Source: Chromera velia
Lineage: Eukaryota
Reading direction: 5' to 3'
Length of the DNA stretch: 64,000 nucleotides
NCBI GenBank assembly: GCA_018398765.1
Contig: JAHBMJ010000344.1
Coordinates: 1 to 64,000 of the forward strand
In this document: positions 38,511 to 52,008 of the stretch, piece after piece
Position numbering within the stretch: position 1 is the stretch's first letter
Layout of the letters: every line of letters begins with the position of its first letter
Translations under genes and position numbers: made by a program
Notes under the pieces: generated by a model
What the model was told of the DNA's origin: nothing
Seen by the model: the letters and a program-made list of their open reading frames with translations, nothing else
Databases searched by the model: none

Positions 38511-39915
38511 TGTGTGTGTCTTCCTGTCTGTGTGTGTGTCTTTCTGTCTGTGTGTGTGTCTGTGTGTGAAAAGAAAAAGCAATGAAGAGAGAGAGAATTT
38601 AAAACTTACGTTACGATGAGTTAGAATATTGCGGCGCATACGGGAGTAACAGTTTATTTCTTTTATATATCCATTTTTTCTCAAGTTCGACATTTGAATG
38701 ATTTCATAAATTTAATTGTTGATTTCTCCTGACTTAATCATTGATTGATTGATTGATTCACCTCATTGATCTTTGTTCTAGTCCACCTAGAAAGTAGAAA
38801 TGAGTTAAGGCACTGGCAATGCTTAGGTTAGTGCTCAGCTTGCCCTCAGTTGCTATGAATTAAGTCAAACCCAAAAGATGCACCCCTAGCTCATAAACCA
38901 AGACTGGCTAGTGCATGCACTCGGCCGTGACTGTGGTAACAAAATTTATTCTTCATAATTTTTTAAATGTCTTGTTAAATGTCGTGCTACTAAACTTAGT
39001 TTGATTCATTGATTAAAGTTTGATCAAATACTAAATTTGATGCTAAAATATGAGCATGATATTAGCTTTATCTAGATTGACTCAGGCTGTGTTACAGCCT
39101 CTGTATATGAAACTAAGTCTGGGAGCCGTTTTTTCTGTACTAATTATTAAGGACCTAAAAAAAGTTTATATCTAGAGAGGCGATCTGACGTTTATAGCTC
39201 TTGAGGTATTTTGATCAAGTTCAACAATTAAAGGGAAGAAAAGCAGGCAGGCCAGTTCCTTTCTTTCTCATGCAGACAAAAAACTTAACGTGACTAGACA
39301 AAAAAATCTTGGTGTCGCTTCCTTCTGCGCGGTCCTCGAATTATAGGGATACCGAAACCTGCAAAATGAGCTCTCTTGGTACAAAATTTTATAAAAATGT
39401 TTAATTTTAAGTATATTTAAATGGTTACACACTGTTTTGAAACTTTTTGATAAACTAGGTGACATATTGTTATTAGTATATATATAGTATTAAATCTATA
39501 ATAATTATATTTGAATTACAGAAAACTGGATAAAAAATTTTAAGCCTGGCGCTACGTTTTACCCTAAGTTTTAAAAAACTCTTCAGGGCTCTGCATAGTC
39601 AGTGCATCAACCTGTAATATCGTACTTCCTTCTAGACTTCCTCCCTCCATAAAATGTTCTAGAAAACGTTCCCCTCCTGATCTCTCTGAAAAAAAACAGC
39701 CAGAGGGGTAAAATGAATGTTTACTTCTGATGGCACACAGGTCTTTCTTTTTAGAAGGGGGCCGTAGACCTCAATACCCAGAACACCAGGCAGGAAGCCC
39801 TCAGAGTTTTACGAGTCTTTATGCCTGCACAGACAGATAGCAGCAGCAGCTCCCGAAGACCCCCTGTATCTGGTGATCGATGCAAGCAGCATTGTTTGTT
39901 CAATCGATAAATCAT

Positions 39916-40716
39916 TCAGGTCTGTACATAAATAGAGTGTGCCAGTCTAAAGACGCTGAATGATGACGTCGACCTCTTTTTTTGGCTTTTCGGCCAAAAA
40001 GCCTCACCGGTGAGCAGGCCGCTTATGCCCGAGACCTGGACCTGGCTAGTTATGAATTGACCACTCCCAAGACGCAATGCCCAGTGCACTTCCCATGGTA
40101 ACCGTTCAGGAATACCTTTGACATCCTCCTCGAGGATCAATTTGGGGGAGTTGGAAGTGCTTGACCCGACTGGAGGCTGGCAGACTGAAGTGGTAAAACC
40201 AACTTACATACAACAAAGCATCCAATGCAGGCTCCAATTTCAGTTCTGCAGCGTCTATGTCTGCCGCAACCCTCAGCCCATCCCGCACCGACCAGTGGGA
40301 GGCGATGAATCCTATCTGAGCCTAGTGTTGCCTTTCCTTCCCATGTAAGAGCACCCCCTGGAAGAATTGTTACTTCATATCTGATACCTGCCTCTCTGTT
40401 CTGAAAAGGTGGGAGGTGCAGGGGGGAAGTCAATGCAGATGATAGAGAAGAGGGAGCAGCAGACTGATTTTAATATGCCCCCTCTTTCTCAACAATACAA
40501 CACTCTGAAGCACAGCTGTACAGGCATACCCCCCTCTCCCCCCCTTCGCTGGACCTGGTTATAAACAACATGACCAGCTGTGAGGAGAGAGACTTGCGCT
40601 CTGTCTGCCTCTATTACTGCAAGAATCCCTGTTGCAACCGCACCTGACTCTGCTGACACCGGCAGACAACAGGCCGGATCTGGTATATCCTCATAGAGAT
40701 AACGGACAACCATCAT
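39916..40716 (-). pseudogene. Degenerate trypsin-like (clan PA) serine peptidase
   Basis: Frame-broken fragments in catalytic order: ATGIL..VSLLTAGHVV (His), DIDAAELKL (Asp), VKGIP...SGISG (Ser). Intronless, with stops and frameshifts. Confidence 0.4.
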
Positions 40717-42809
40717 GTTAAACGCACGCCCGGCCTTTCAGAGCCACACGTGCTCTGCAGCGGGCGTCGCAGCAGGGACAGACGCAGACCGATGCGCATT
40801 TTCCCTCCTGCACAGCATATACCAGTGAAAGTATTAACAGATCGACATTGTTGACAGTATGATAACAGTACCTAAAACATACGATGTTTAAGATACTCAT
40901 GAAGTAAAACATAGCAGCAATGAAAAAAACTGGTAAAGAAAGGTCCTAGAGGACTCAAGAGAGCTGAAAAAAAAAATACTACTGATATAAAAATTAAATG
41001 CAAAGTATTAGCAAATGTTAGCAATGCAGAAAAGGGAACATACACGTCGACTTGAAGGAAGCAAACAAAAGAAAAAGCAGAGAGAAATGGAGAGGGACCG
41101 ACCGGGACCGATAACTAAGATAAAGGGCACAAGAAGCTAGCGATGAGTGAGTAAAAAGATTGATTAGCAAGCATGAGTTGGTAGGTAGGATAGGAAATAG
41201 TGAAAAGGAGGCTAAACAGAAAGAAGGAATAACCTGCTTTAAATCAAGGGAAGGAGCACAAGAAGCCTAGCCGCAAAAAACTCTAATTGAGAGATTTCAG
41301 ACTGGCCAAACTTTAAGGTAAAGTAGAAATATTAAGAAAAGATTGACAAGGGTGAGCATGGCAGGCGGCCCTAACTAATTCTCTGCATGCTCATATGATT
41401 TAGCGCATGTAACCAAGGGCAGCTATTATCAAGATTCTTGATTCAATGATAAATACGTATGTCAATCAATCGGGGGTTGTCGCCTGACCTGTCCAGCTTC
41501 TTCTCAATCCTTCTGAGCATGCTCATGACTTGATCATTCAAGTCTTCCTTCACACTCCCCCTCTCTTTCTTGTTCTTTCTCTCTGTAGAGATATGTTCCT
41601 GTGTGTTTGCTGATCTAACGACTCCTCTGCAGACAGGAATTAACGAGAAGAACAAGGGAGAATTTATTAAAAAATGCAGGAGGCGGGCTGGTAGAATTGA
41701 AATCAAAAACGGAGAACAAAGGAGGGGACTCACGATCAGCCCGAGGCGGGTGAGGAATTAAAGAAAGAAACGGTAAGGGAAATGAAGGAAGGAGCTTGTG
41801 AAAGGCCGATAAAGAATTTGAAGAGGATCTAGAAAATAGTATTACAGGTAGTTTAATTGGGAAGGCGCACAGAACTTTGCAGAACTTTGAAGGGATTGTG
41901 GAGCAGGCACTCGGATCGTTAGTCAGACAGACAAGGGAAAATGAGTGAATGCATAGAATGCTGATACAATTAAGGAGAAAGGAGGCACACAAACATGAAA
42001 GGTACATATACATGATGCAGAACAATACACAAGTAAGACATATTATTATATATGGTCACCTCAGAATCAGGTGTTGCATGATCCTTCGGTTACGATCTCT
42101 TTCAGGACTAACTGACAAACATCACCTTTTTTTTCTCCTTCTGCATCCTCGCGGCTGCTGCACAGAGAGAGGGAAAGAGAAAGTGTGCGTGACAGAGGGA
42201 GAGGGAGAAAGAGAAAAAAAAAAAAAAGGAGATAGATATATATATAAATAGATAGATAGATAAAGAGAGAGAGAGAGCAAGAGAGAGAGAGAGAAGGGAA
42301 GAGAGAGAGAGAAGGGAAGAGAGAGAGGGAGGGAGAGAGGGAGGGAGAAAAGGGAGGAGAGAGACGGAGGGAAAAGAGAGAAACAGACAGACAAACAGAG
42401 TGCGCACGTACACATGAGAAAGAGAGACAGAAAGAGAGAGAGGGTCTGAGGGAGAGAAACAGATTGAGGGACCAGCCTACAGACAGAGATGGGAAAACGC
42501 AGAGCAATTTAGATTCTTTTAACGTACAATAAGATATTCATTCCTTTCTGTCTAGAAGGTGAGTCAGATTGAAAACCTGACCCACGCTGTAAATATTGAC
42601 GGATTAGAGTTCTCTTTAATTGTCTGGCTCCTACTCTTTCTGGTCTACCTCTCTGCAGATGACACAAACAAAAAGAAGGAAGGAAGCAAAAAAGTTTCAG
42701 GTATGCAGGGAAATTAAGGTTGATCAAGAAAAAGAACTACCGCTGCAGCAGTAGCAAGGAAGGCTCGATCATCTAGTCGATCATTCACAAGAGTACATGG
42801 AGCCTTCTA

Positions 42810-42982
42810 AAAGGATGAAAAGGAAGGAAAGAAGGAAAGAAAAAAAGAAAGAAAGAAAGAATTAAAGAAAGAAAGAAAAAAAAAAAGAAAGAAGGAAGGA
42901 AGGAAAGAAAGAAAGAAAAAAAGAAAGAAAAAAACAAAGAAAAATAGAAAAAAAGAAAGAAAGAAAGAAAGGAAGGAAAGAA

Positions 42983-43016
<34 letters not shown>

Positions 43017-43260
43017 GAAAGAAAGAGTCAGAAGGAAGAAAGAAAGGAAGGATAAAAAGAAAGAAGGAAGGAAGGAAAGAAGGAAAGAAAGAAAAAAAGA
43101 AAGAAAGAAAAGAAAGAAAGAAAGGAAAGATAAATGGAAGAAAGGCAGAAAGAATGGATGGACAGAAGGAAGCATAGAAGGAAGGAAGAGAAGGAAGGAA
43201 GGGAAAGATGGATAAAAGGAAGGAAGGAAGAAAAAAAGGAAGGGGGACAGCGGAGACAGG
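42810..43260 (+). repeat. Long polypurine (GAAA/GGAA)n tract
   Basis: Almost exclusively A/G on the + strand. Confidence 0.9.
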
Positions 43261-43869
43261 CATACAAGAGGAAGAGGTTCAGTCCGGCCAGTTAGCTAGA
43301 GCATGAATGAGCAAAAATGAAGAGACCAGGCAAGCGAAGTCGATCACTAATGAGAAAGGAGGAAAGAGAAAGACACCACAAAGGGTAGAACAGGAATGAA
43401 GAAAAAAGGAGGGGGGGGAGGAGCTGGTTAAAAAGGGGGGGTTTCATGAAAAAACAAGGATGAGAGCACATAGTACAATGAATTAAAGGAAAAAATCAAA
43501 CTGACATCATGACAGACAGCACCGAGTTCGGAGATACCGTGTCCTCGTTTTCCTCTTCTTTATCAACAGTGTAACCAATACAGAGGGAAAATGCATACAT
43601 TTATTTTCATACAGATTTATTTTTATGCATTTATTTATGTTTTTCTCTGAACAAGAATCGTGCATGAAAATAAATGCAATGCTTTTACCAACATTGCAAC
43701 CAACAGAAAGAGAAAACAGCCTGAGGAGAGCGAGAGTTTGTGAAAGAGCACATAAGTGACAATGAATGTGTGAATGTCTTTAAAGTGGTAAAAAGCGAGT
43801 TGCAGTCTTTTCTTTGCTAGTGTTGTCATACTGTTGCCCTTCTACGCTGGTGAGGAAAGGTCAATAAAT

Positions 43870-44265
43870 ATGAATCAATGTCGAAGAGAATCTTTCTGCG
43901 CTCACTTTGCAGTCAATGGCCTCCATCTCAGCGCTTTCCAGTAGGCGCCACAAAATCGGAGCTGCGGGGCAAATGAAGTTGACTTGTCTGGCGGGACTCC
44001 GGGTGCATAGTCTTCAAGAAACCGAGTTTTTTTAGCTCTTCCTCTCCTTCCTGCGTGATAGACTTTTGCTGTCCCTCCAGTTCCTGGCGTGCTGTAGAAT
44101 TAAACAGAAGAAAAGCAAAGTTGGGGGTGTCTCTGCTGTTTACCTCTAAGTCTTTCAGGCAAGCCACAACTTAGAGTCCCAGATCCGCGAGTCTTTTGAG
44201 GGCTGTCACCTTCTTTAGCTCTTTACACAGACTGTAACACAGTATTTTTGGCAAGCGCGTTGCCA
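43870..44265 (-). pseudogene. Degenerate coding-like remnant, unknown family
   Basis: MATRLPKILCYSLCKELKKVTALKRLADLGL*VVACLKDLEV... reads on through an in-frame stop into ORF 43928-44167. Confidence 0.3.
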
Positions 44266-44749
44266 TACTGTTATGATCAGTGTTATTAAATTTTCTGTTC
44301 TGGCTTAGGTTTTGGCAGGCTGCACGAATGGCTTCTTCAATTGTCTGCTGATTCTGGTTGCTGCAGCTACTGCTAGAGCTACTGCTGCAGAATTTGCCTC
44401 CAGCGGACTACGGCCCGTCGCCTCGCGGTATATTCTAGCGAGTCCGAAGTGAAGTGAAGTTAAGTGAAGTGAAGTAGCGAACAGGAATAAGAAGAATGAA
44501 TCTAGAGAATGAATGGACCTGACAGAATGTAAGATGGCAGGAGAAAACGAGCAACGCCGTTGTTTTACGCTTGAATGAGTTAAAATCTTTTTAGAGTAGA
44601 CGAAATTCACAACAACTGTGAGTAGCAACAGCGCTGTATATATATTATGTAGCTGCTGCGAGTTAAGACTCGGTTCTTTTTACGTGAAAGCAAGAAATGT
44701 GTGACTCGGGGAAAGAGAGACGCAGGGAGAGAGCAAGAGAAACTCGAAA

Positions 44750-45017
<268 letters not shown>

Positions 45018-45049
45018 ATTCTTTCTTTTCTTCCTTTCGCATGAGCAGT

Positions 45050-47000
45050 CTCAACGCATGCAAAGCGTCTCTTCTCCCTTCTCCCACCTTTGTATCTGTA
45101 GTTTGCAAACAGATAAAAGAGAGTTGTCGAGTTTGATCGAGTTCTCTCTTTCCTTTTCTTCCTTCCTTTTGCACGTAGAGCTGCAATCCATACAAGTCGT
45201 CCCGCCGTCTCAAAGCCCAGACAGTGTCATGACTTGCTGCAGCGCCGCCTTGTCCAGAGGCTTTCCCTTGCTGCACACTTTGAAATTCAGCAGCGAGGGG
45301 AAAGCGGCTGCCGTCATGCGCAGAGAGCACGTCAGAATTAAGGCCAAACATACCAGTAGGAAGGACTGTGCCCTCTTTCCCTGCACAGAAATAATCCACA
45401 CAGAAAAGCAACTGCCCAATGCAATCCCGTTCCTCACACAAACATACGAGAAACGGTTGAGGAGGAGCAGGAGAAAGTGCTTCACAAACGCAGCCATAGC
45501 TAGTCGTTGACATCTGGATCAGTTGACAGAGAGGCACTTTGATATAATGGTCAAACATGTCATGAGCCGCAGTTGTCGAATACTCGGCAAGCGGTGCTTC
45601 CCCCCCTCCTTCAGGCTTCGGGTACCTAGTTTGAGTACGGCTGAATCCTGAAAGTACGCCTCAGACTGATGCAGCGCTCCGTAGTACGCTTACGTAAATC
45701 TCGAGCAAGTGATTGATCTCTGCAGGATGAAACTTTCCGTCTACCCGGCCCCACACTCCCTGGAACAAGGAGGCCTAGAGAAACAAAGTACTGCTGTTTC
45801 TCTTGTTGATCAAGCTCCACCCTCGCCTGCTCTCCCCCCTGACTCCCGGGGCCCTGATACATCGCATACCTCTGCAACTTCTCACATTGAATTTCCTCAA
45901 TCTCTGCCTGCCTCTCCATATGGACATCAATGCCGGTTCGTTCCACGCTGGAAAAGAAGGCTTCGATGGCGAACTTCAGGTACTCCCTCGCCCGACATCC
46001 CTCGAAGCGTTCGTTTCTTGCCCCCGCTACAACTTCTTTCCGAATGAGGGAGTAGACCAGCTTTCCCCTACAAATTCCCACAGTCTTCACTTGCTCCTCC
46101 ATAGCTGTTATGTGCCCACGCAGACTCTTGATCATGAGAGTCTTGTTTGAAATTCTTTTGGAGGCACAGAGCGTGATGACCAGGTGAGCCTCAGCTCTTG
46201 TGATCATGGTATCTCTTTGCAGCTTCTTGTACTCCTTAATCTCTGCCTGCCTCTCCACATGGACATCAATGCCGTTTGCGAGTAACAACTCCCCCTGTCC
46301 CTGGGGAGAGGTCTCCGAACAGTATCTTCTGATGGTACTGCACAAAATCGTCGATCACGAAGTTTGGACGTCGAAGACTATGAGAGGAATTTGCGTGAAA
46401 TGCTGATGCAGGTAGGTAGTTTCAGGTAGTGAAGGCTCGCCCGGTGAAATTTCAATTAGCTCGCTGTTTACCAGAGAAATCAGTATATGTCTCTGCCATG
46501 GCTCTGGGTGCTTTTGTGATGGTATCACTGATCGATCAATCGATCGGGGGGGTCCATGGGGAAGATAGAGGGCCTTGGGTAGAGAGCATCGGTGCAGACA
46601 TCTTACCAGAAAAATCGAGTTGTCTTCCATACCCTGCCCTCTTCCCTGACAGTCATTCTTTCCTCATACTATACTCTCTCTGCGTCTATCTGCGTTAAAG
46701 CTAGTCTCTTTCGTCTCCCTTCAGATCACGTAAAAAGCGTGTACGCGCTAGCGGAAAGTGTTCTCCGTCATCTGATTTTCCTTGATCGCACTCTTTCTGT
46801 CCTTCACGTCTTCATTCCTCTAGTACTCGTAAATTTAAAGGCAAAGAGGTGTTCGAGAGCTTTCTCATCCAGAGTATCTCACAGTCCACTCTCGGACATA
46901 GCAAGGACGTGCGTGTCGATCGTGCCGCTCGCACACCTGCGCTCTCTCTTCGGTCCTTCTCTGCAATGGTTTGTCCTTAAGCTCTAGGAGAGTATATGTA
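45050..47000 (-). pseudogene. Cluster of intronless degenerate ORFs with an internal duplication, unknown family
   Basis: ORF 45626-46345 contains GIDVHVERQAEI and GIDVHMERQAEI (36-bp near-identical repeat at about 45899 and 46238). ORF 46355-46630 precedes it in frame across a stop. Confidence 0.35.
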
Positions 47001-49050
47001 TGCACCGCTGCAGCCTTGACTGCTTCTTGTCTCTAAGACTTCTCTTCGCTCAGCTTTCGAAGGAATTCGATCTGTCGGTCGTTTCTATCCAGAAGCTGCA
47101 CATCCAAGCCAAGACAAAGAAGACGACATGTTTCAAATCCGATTTGGAAAGACAAAAAAGGGCACAGAGACTCACATAACAGAAAGCAGAATTTCAAAAT
47201 AAGTAAAAAAAGCGTTGAACTACGTTGAACTGACGGAACATAAGAGTAGATCTACTGACCTCCTGCAGATAACGCTCCCTCCTCAGAGTCTGCGCTGAGT
47301 CAGACGCCCTTCTACCCTCCCTCTCCTGCAGAAGAAACGAGCATTGAGACAATCTACAGATAGAAAAAACCAGACGTCCAAGTACCTAAATGAACGCAAG
47401 AATGGGCGGCCGGAGAGTTTGTCAGGTAGCGGCTTTCTTTTAGAGAGAGCACAATTCTAGAAGGGAAATTAAGGGGGACATGATTGCAGAAGAAAACTGA
47501 AAAGAGATGCACGTCAGGGGAAGGGACCCAGCTGGTCAGAAGAATAGAAGGGGCGAAATTAAATCAGACAGGCCGGGGACAGCGCTAGTACAGCACGCGA
47601 AGGACGCCTGAATGGCATGCAGGCCATAGTGTTGAAAGTTTCCACGAGGATTTTCATCTCAAAAGAGAAAGAGAGCAAATGAAGTCGCGGCACGCAAATT
47701 AATTTTAATCGATCGTTCTCATACGTCTATCTATGAACTGAGACTGACGTCGGCAAGCTCTTTCTCGTACTGCTGCTTTACCTGCATAAATGATTGTTTG
47801 CAAAGGAAGGGAAGGGAAGGAAAGTCTTAGGGGAGGGATAGAGTGAATTTAGGAACCACGTGAATGGAACTGCGGACCGATCACGAGTGGAAGAGGAGGG
47901 AGAAAGGTTTTATGCCTTGCAATGCCATGAAGAAAGTTCGATCGATGCGGCCAAAGTAGGAAATGGAAATTCAGATCAAAAGATGCATGGCCTGCAGTTT
48001 TAAGATTTCTTTCGTCTGTGGCAGCAGGGCTGTACAGAGAAACAAAGAAATAGAATAAGCGGGATTCACGCTTAATATGATTTTCTGCGACAACGCTGGC
48101 TGCATATGCAGAAAATTTAATTATTTTGCTCAATGAACACTGACCTTTGCAAGTGTATTTTTATGTTGGCTTCTGGGCTGCATGGATGGATAATCATCAG
48201 CAGAAAAACAATCGTCGGTCGGTGATTAATTTTGAGTAGATTTGAGAACAGCTGTGTACAAGAAAAAAAGAAACAAGACAAGTATATAGATTTGATTGAT
48301 CATTTTGCAAACATGAGGATTCCGATCGACTTATTTAAGAGAATGAGAAACTAGAATGAGAAATGATTGAGGGAGACTCAAAGACCGTCTACTTGAATGG
48401 AAAAGCAGTAGTCTGGTGGCCTTTCAACTGACCATCAGAAGAATCGGTGGTGCACTGGACTCTCGGTGTGGTCGCTTCAGAATCTGCATGATTCTGGCAT
48501 CACTGTCACCCTGGGGCACACTGGTACTGGTGTCGAAGTGGATCAGTGGAAACATAAGACGCACCGCTTTGCGCGCCCTGTCCAGCTTGCCACGAAAGAC
48601 TAGACGAAAGAAGCTCTGTACGGAAAACAAGAAAACCAAAGAGAAAGCGAATCAATAGGTTGTTTTCGTTGACTTCTCTTTTCCCTCCTCGTGCTGCTCT
48701 GCAACTGTTTTCTTGATGAATAACATCGGCCTGCACATAGCAAGAATGGTAGACGGGGAGACAATTGTGAGCAAGGATACGCAAAGCTCGTCGCGAAAGA
48801 GGTACTAGGCAAAGCCAACTTTCAAAACCAATGACCAACTTTTTCTTACCGGTTTCGTTTTTCAATTCGTACTTGTCAGTGGACTCGTCGTGGATTGCCT
48901 CCGCGTAAAAAGCTCGAAAGAGAGGGGAGCTGCAGCCCCCTTCCCTTATTCCGAGAGATTTCTGAACAAAGCGGTCTTGCTGGACCTCCTTCGGAAAAAA
49001 TTTTGGGGTCTTGGTATCAGCATTCAATACAATTTTCTTGAATCTTCCGG

Positions 49051-49138
49051 CATGGCCCCGGAAAGCGAAGCGGGGGACAGCGCGGGGGGCACTTACATGC
49101 TCTTAAATTACCTCGAACTTTTCCCAGAGCCCACGAGC
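49051..49138 (+). promoter_or_regulatory. Second copy of the GC-rich motif at 15874-15940
   Basis: 26-nt and 14-nt identical blocks. Lies about 250 bp upstream of ATG 49384. Confidence 0.4.
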
Positions 49139-49383
49139 AAAAATTGACGAACGGCTGGAATTGGCTAGCTGCAACTTAGCCTGCAAGACAGACGAAGACC
49201 TGTAATGATCTGTACAGGGGATTGTAGGAGTCCGTGCAGTTGCAGAGGTGGTGAACAGGCAGCCAAGGCAGAAACTTTTGCGCAACACCGCTGAAAGAGC
49301 CGCAGCGCGGTTTGTTCGAGTTGACAGGTTGAAGAGACTAAAGGGGCCCTCTTTTCGGGGACTGGAAGGAAAAGAGAAGAAGA

Positions 49384-50352
49384 ATGGCACGGAACTTTGC
49401 AAACAAGAAGAAGAAGGACTTGGACGTGGAGGCAATCAGAGACGAACTCCGGGTGGGTGGTATGCGCGGTCTTCATTTGCATGTGCTCGTATATGTGCGC
49501 TCCTTCTTTTCCCCATCCCGTGCTTTCCCTTTCTTTCCTTCCTGCCCATCCAGTATTCTCCCCGGCCTTTCTTTTCTTTCCCTTCTCATTTCTTTTCTTT
49601 TTCTTTTCCTTCCTTCCCTTCTTCCGTTCTTAGCTCCTCCCTTCTCTCTTTCTCTCTTTCTTTCCTTTTCTTCTCGTCCCTCCGTCTCTGTACACCTCCT
49701 CCCAGAGATTGACAGGCTTATTGATGGTCAGCCTGTGCGACCTGTTTGTGCCTGCGTGCGTGCGGGAATGGTTTCTCTCGGGGTCGAATTTTACGGTATC
49801 AGATGGACCGGCTGATGGTCTTCGGCACGACGGCTCTACATGAGGATGAGGTGATCTGCAAGGACATGGATGAATGGATGCATCAATGCAGGCCGAGGGA
49901 CGGAGCGTGAGAGCTGATGAGCTGTACGGCAAGCGGAAGAAGGTCGACAGGTGAGAAGAGTTCAGGGAGCGAAGAGAAGAGAAGAGGGGAAGGGAAAGTG
50001 GAAGAGATCTCTTCACACGTACGCTTTCACGAAGAGTCGTCTCGCAGTTCTTCAGAGAGAAAATGAGTGATGCGGATTTCTAGTGACTATACTTTCCAGA
50101 AATGAACTGTCGACAGATGGGAGACATGATCTGATGTGAAGATGGAAACTGCGTTTGTTTCCGTCCAGACAGAGACCGGGGCGCGAGTAGAGCACGCATA
50201 CAGACAGACAGACAAGCAGACAAGACAGACAAGCAGACAGACAGACAGGCAGATGGACAGACAGACAGGCAGACAGATAGACAAATAGAAGAACAGACAG
50301 ACAGACAAATAGACAAACAGACAGACAGACAGGCAGACAGATAGACAGACAA

Positions 50353-50387
<35 letters not shown>

Positions 50388-50631
50388 AGCAGACAGACAG
50401 ACAAGCAGACAGACAGACAGGCAGATGGACAGACAGACAGACGGACAGGCAGACAGATAGACAAATAGAAGAACAGACAGACAGACAAATAGACAAACAG
50501 ACAGACAGACAGGCAGACAGATAGACAGACAAACAGACAGACAGACAGACAAGCAGACAGACAGACAAGCAGACAGACAGACAGACAGACAAGCAGACAG
50601 ACAGACAGACAGAGACAGAGAGACAGACAAG

Positions 50632-50677
<46 letters not shown>

Positions 50678-51017
50678 AGCAGACAGACAGACAAGACAGA
50701 CAGACAGAAAGACAGACAAGCAGACAGACAGACAGATAGACAGACAGAAGCCGACTTTGCGCACCTGCAATGAAGAGAAGATGTGGTCGTACGTCTCTGT
50801 CTGTTTCTCAGGCCGTGTTCTTGCAATGTTCAATTTCAGCGTTGAGAGGCAGGAAAGGTTAACGAACTGGGGGGCATGGAGGGAAAAGAGGAAGCGCCAC
50901 ACATTGCGCAAATGGCAAACGGAAAGACAGAGAGAACCACCTTCTTTCCCGTCTCCGTTTCTGCCCCCCAAAAGTGAAAGATCTAAGCATTCCCCCATCT
51001 CCCCCCTCTTCTCTCTC

Positions 51018-51080
<63 letters not shown>

Positions 51081-51529
51081 CTGCAGAGGATGGGGGGGGC
51101 CTGACGCGGTTGGGTGGGGTGTGCTGGGGCACTACGGAAGTTCCGTGAAGGACGAAGGTGCCCAGAAGCTCAGAGTGCAGAAGCAGGAGACCGCAGTGGG
51201 AGGCAGCAAGGCAACCAAAATGGTCTGTCTGTGTGGACGTCTGTCTGTCTGTTGGTCTGTCTGCCTGAAAGGAAGAGAAAAGGAAAGAAAAGACGATATT
51301 GTCTGTCTGTCTGTCTGTCTGTTACTGTTGGTTTGAAAGAAGAAAGAAAGAAAAAGAAAAACAGAAGTCATTCAGTCTGTTTGTCTGTCTGTTGGTCAGA
51401 CGACGGGTGCACTTCATTTTTCCTTCCGGTACATCGAAGACAACACAAGCATTGCATCTTCTGTCTCTCTGTCTCTCTCTCTCTCTCTCTCTATCAGTCT
51501 GTCTCTCTCTGTCTTTCTGTCTCTTTCTG

Positions 51530-51609
<80 letters not shown>

Positions 51610-51898
51610 AGTGAGTGAGTGAGTTTGACTGCTTCCTTCCTCCCTGCTTAACTCCAACATGCACGCGCTCAGGTAAAGAACGAGAAGGGCCTCTGGGTGA
51701 AGGTGCCGCTGTCCCAAGAGGAGGTCCGAGAGAGGGATCGAGAGAAGGAGGCGGAATCGCGAGAGAGGGACAGGGAGAGGGGAAGAGGAGGAAGAAGCAG
51801 AAGCAGGAGTAGGAGCGCAGAACGAGGAAAAGATCGCGAAGTGATCAGTCAGTCGACACACACACACAGACACTCACACACACACACACAGAGACACT

Positions 51899-51946
<48 letters not shown>

Positions 51947-51954
51947 CAGACAGA

Positions 51955-52008
<54 letters not shown>

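Noticed and set aside
48424..49027. Minus-strand ORFs divergent from the HIND gene
   Set aside because: No ATG-led, phase-consistent model or recognisable domain; a degenerate gene cannot be excluded.
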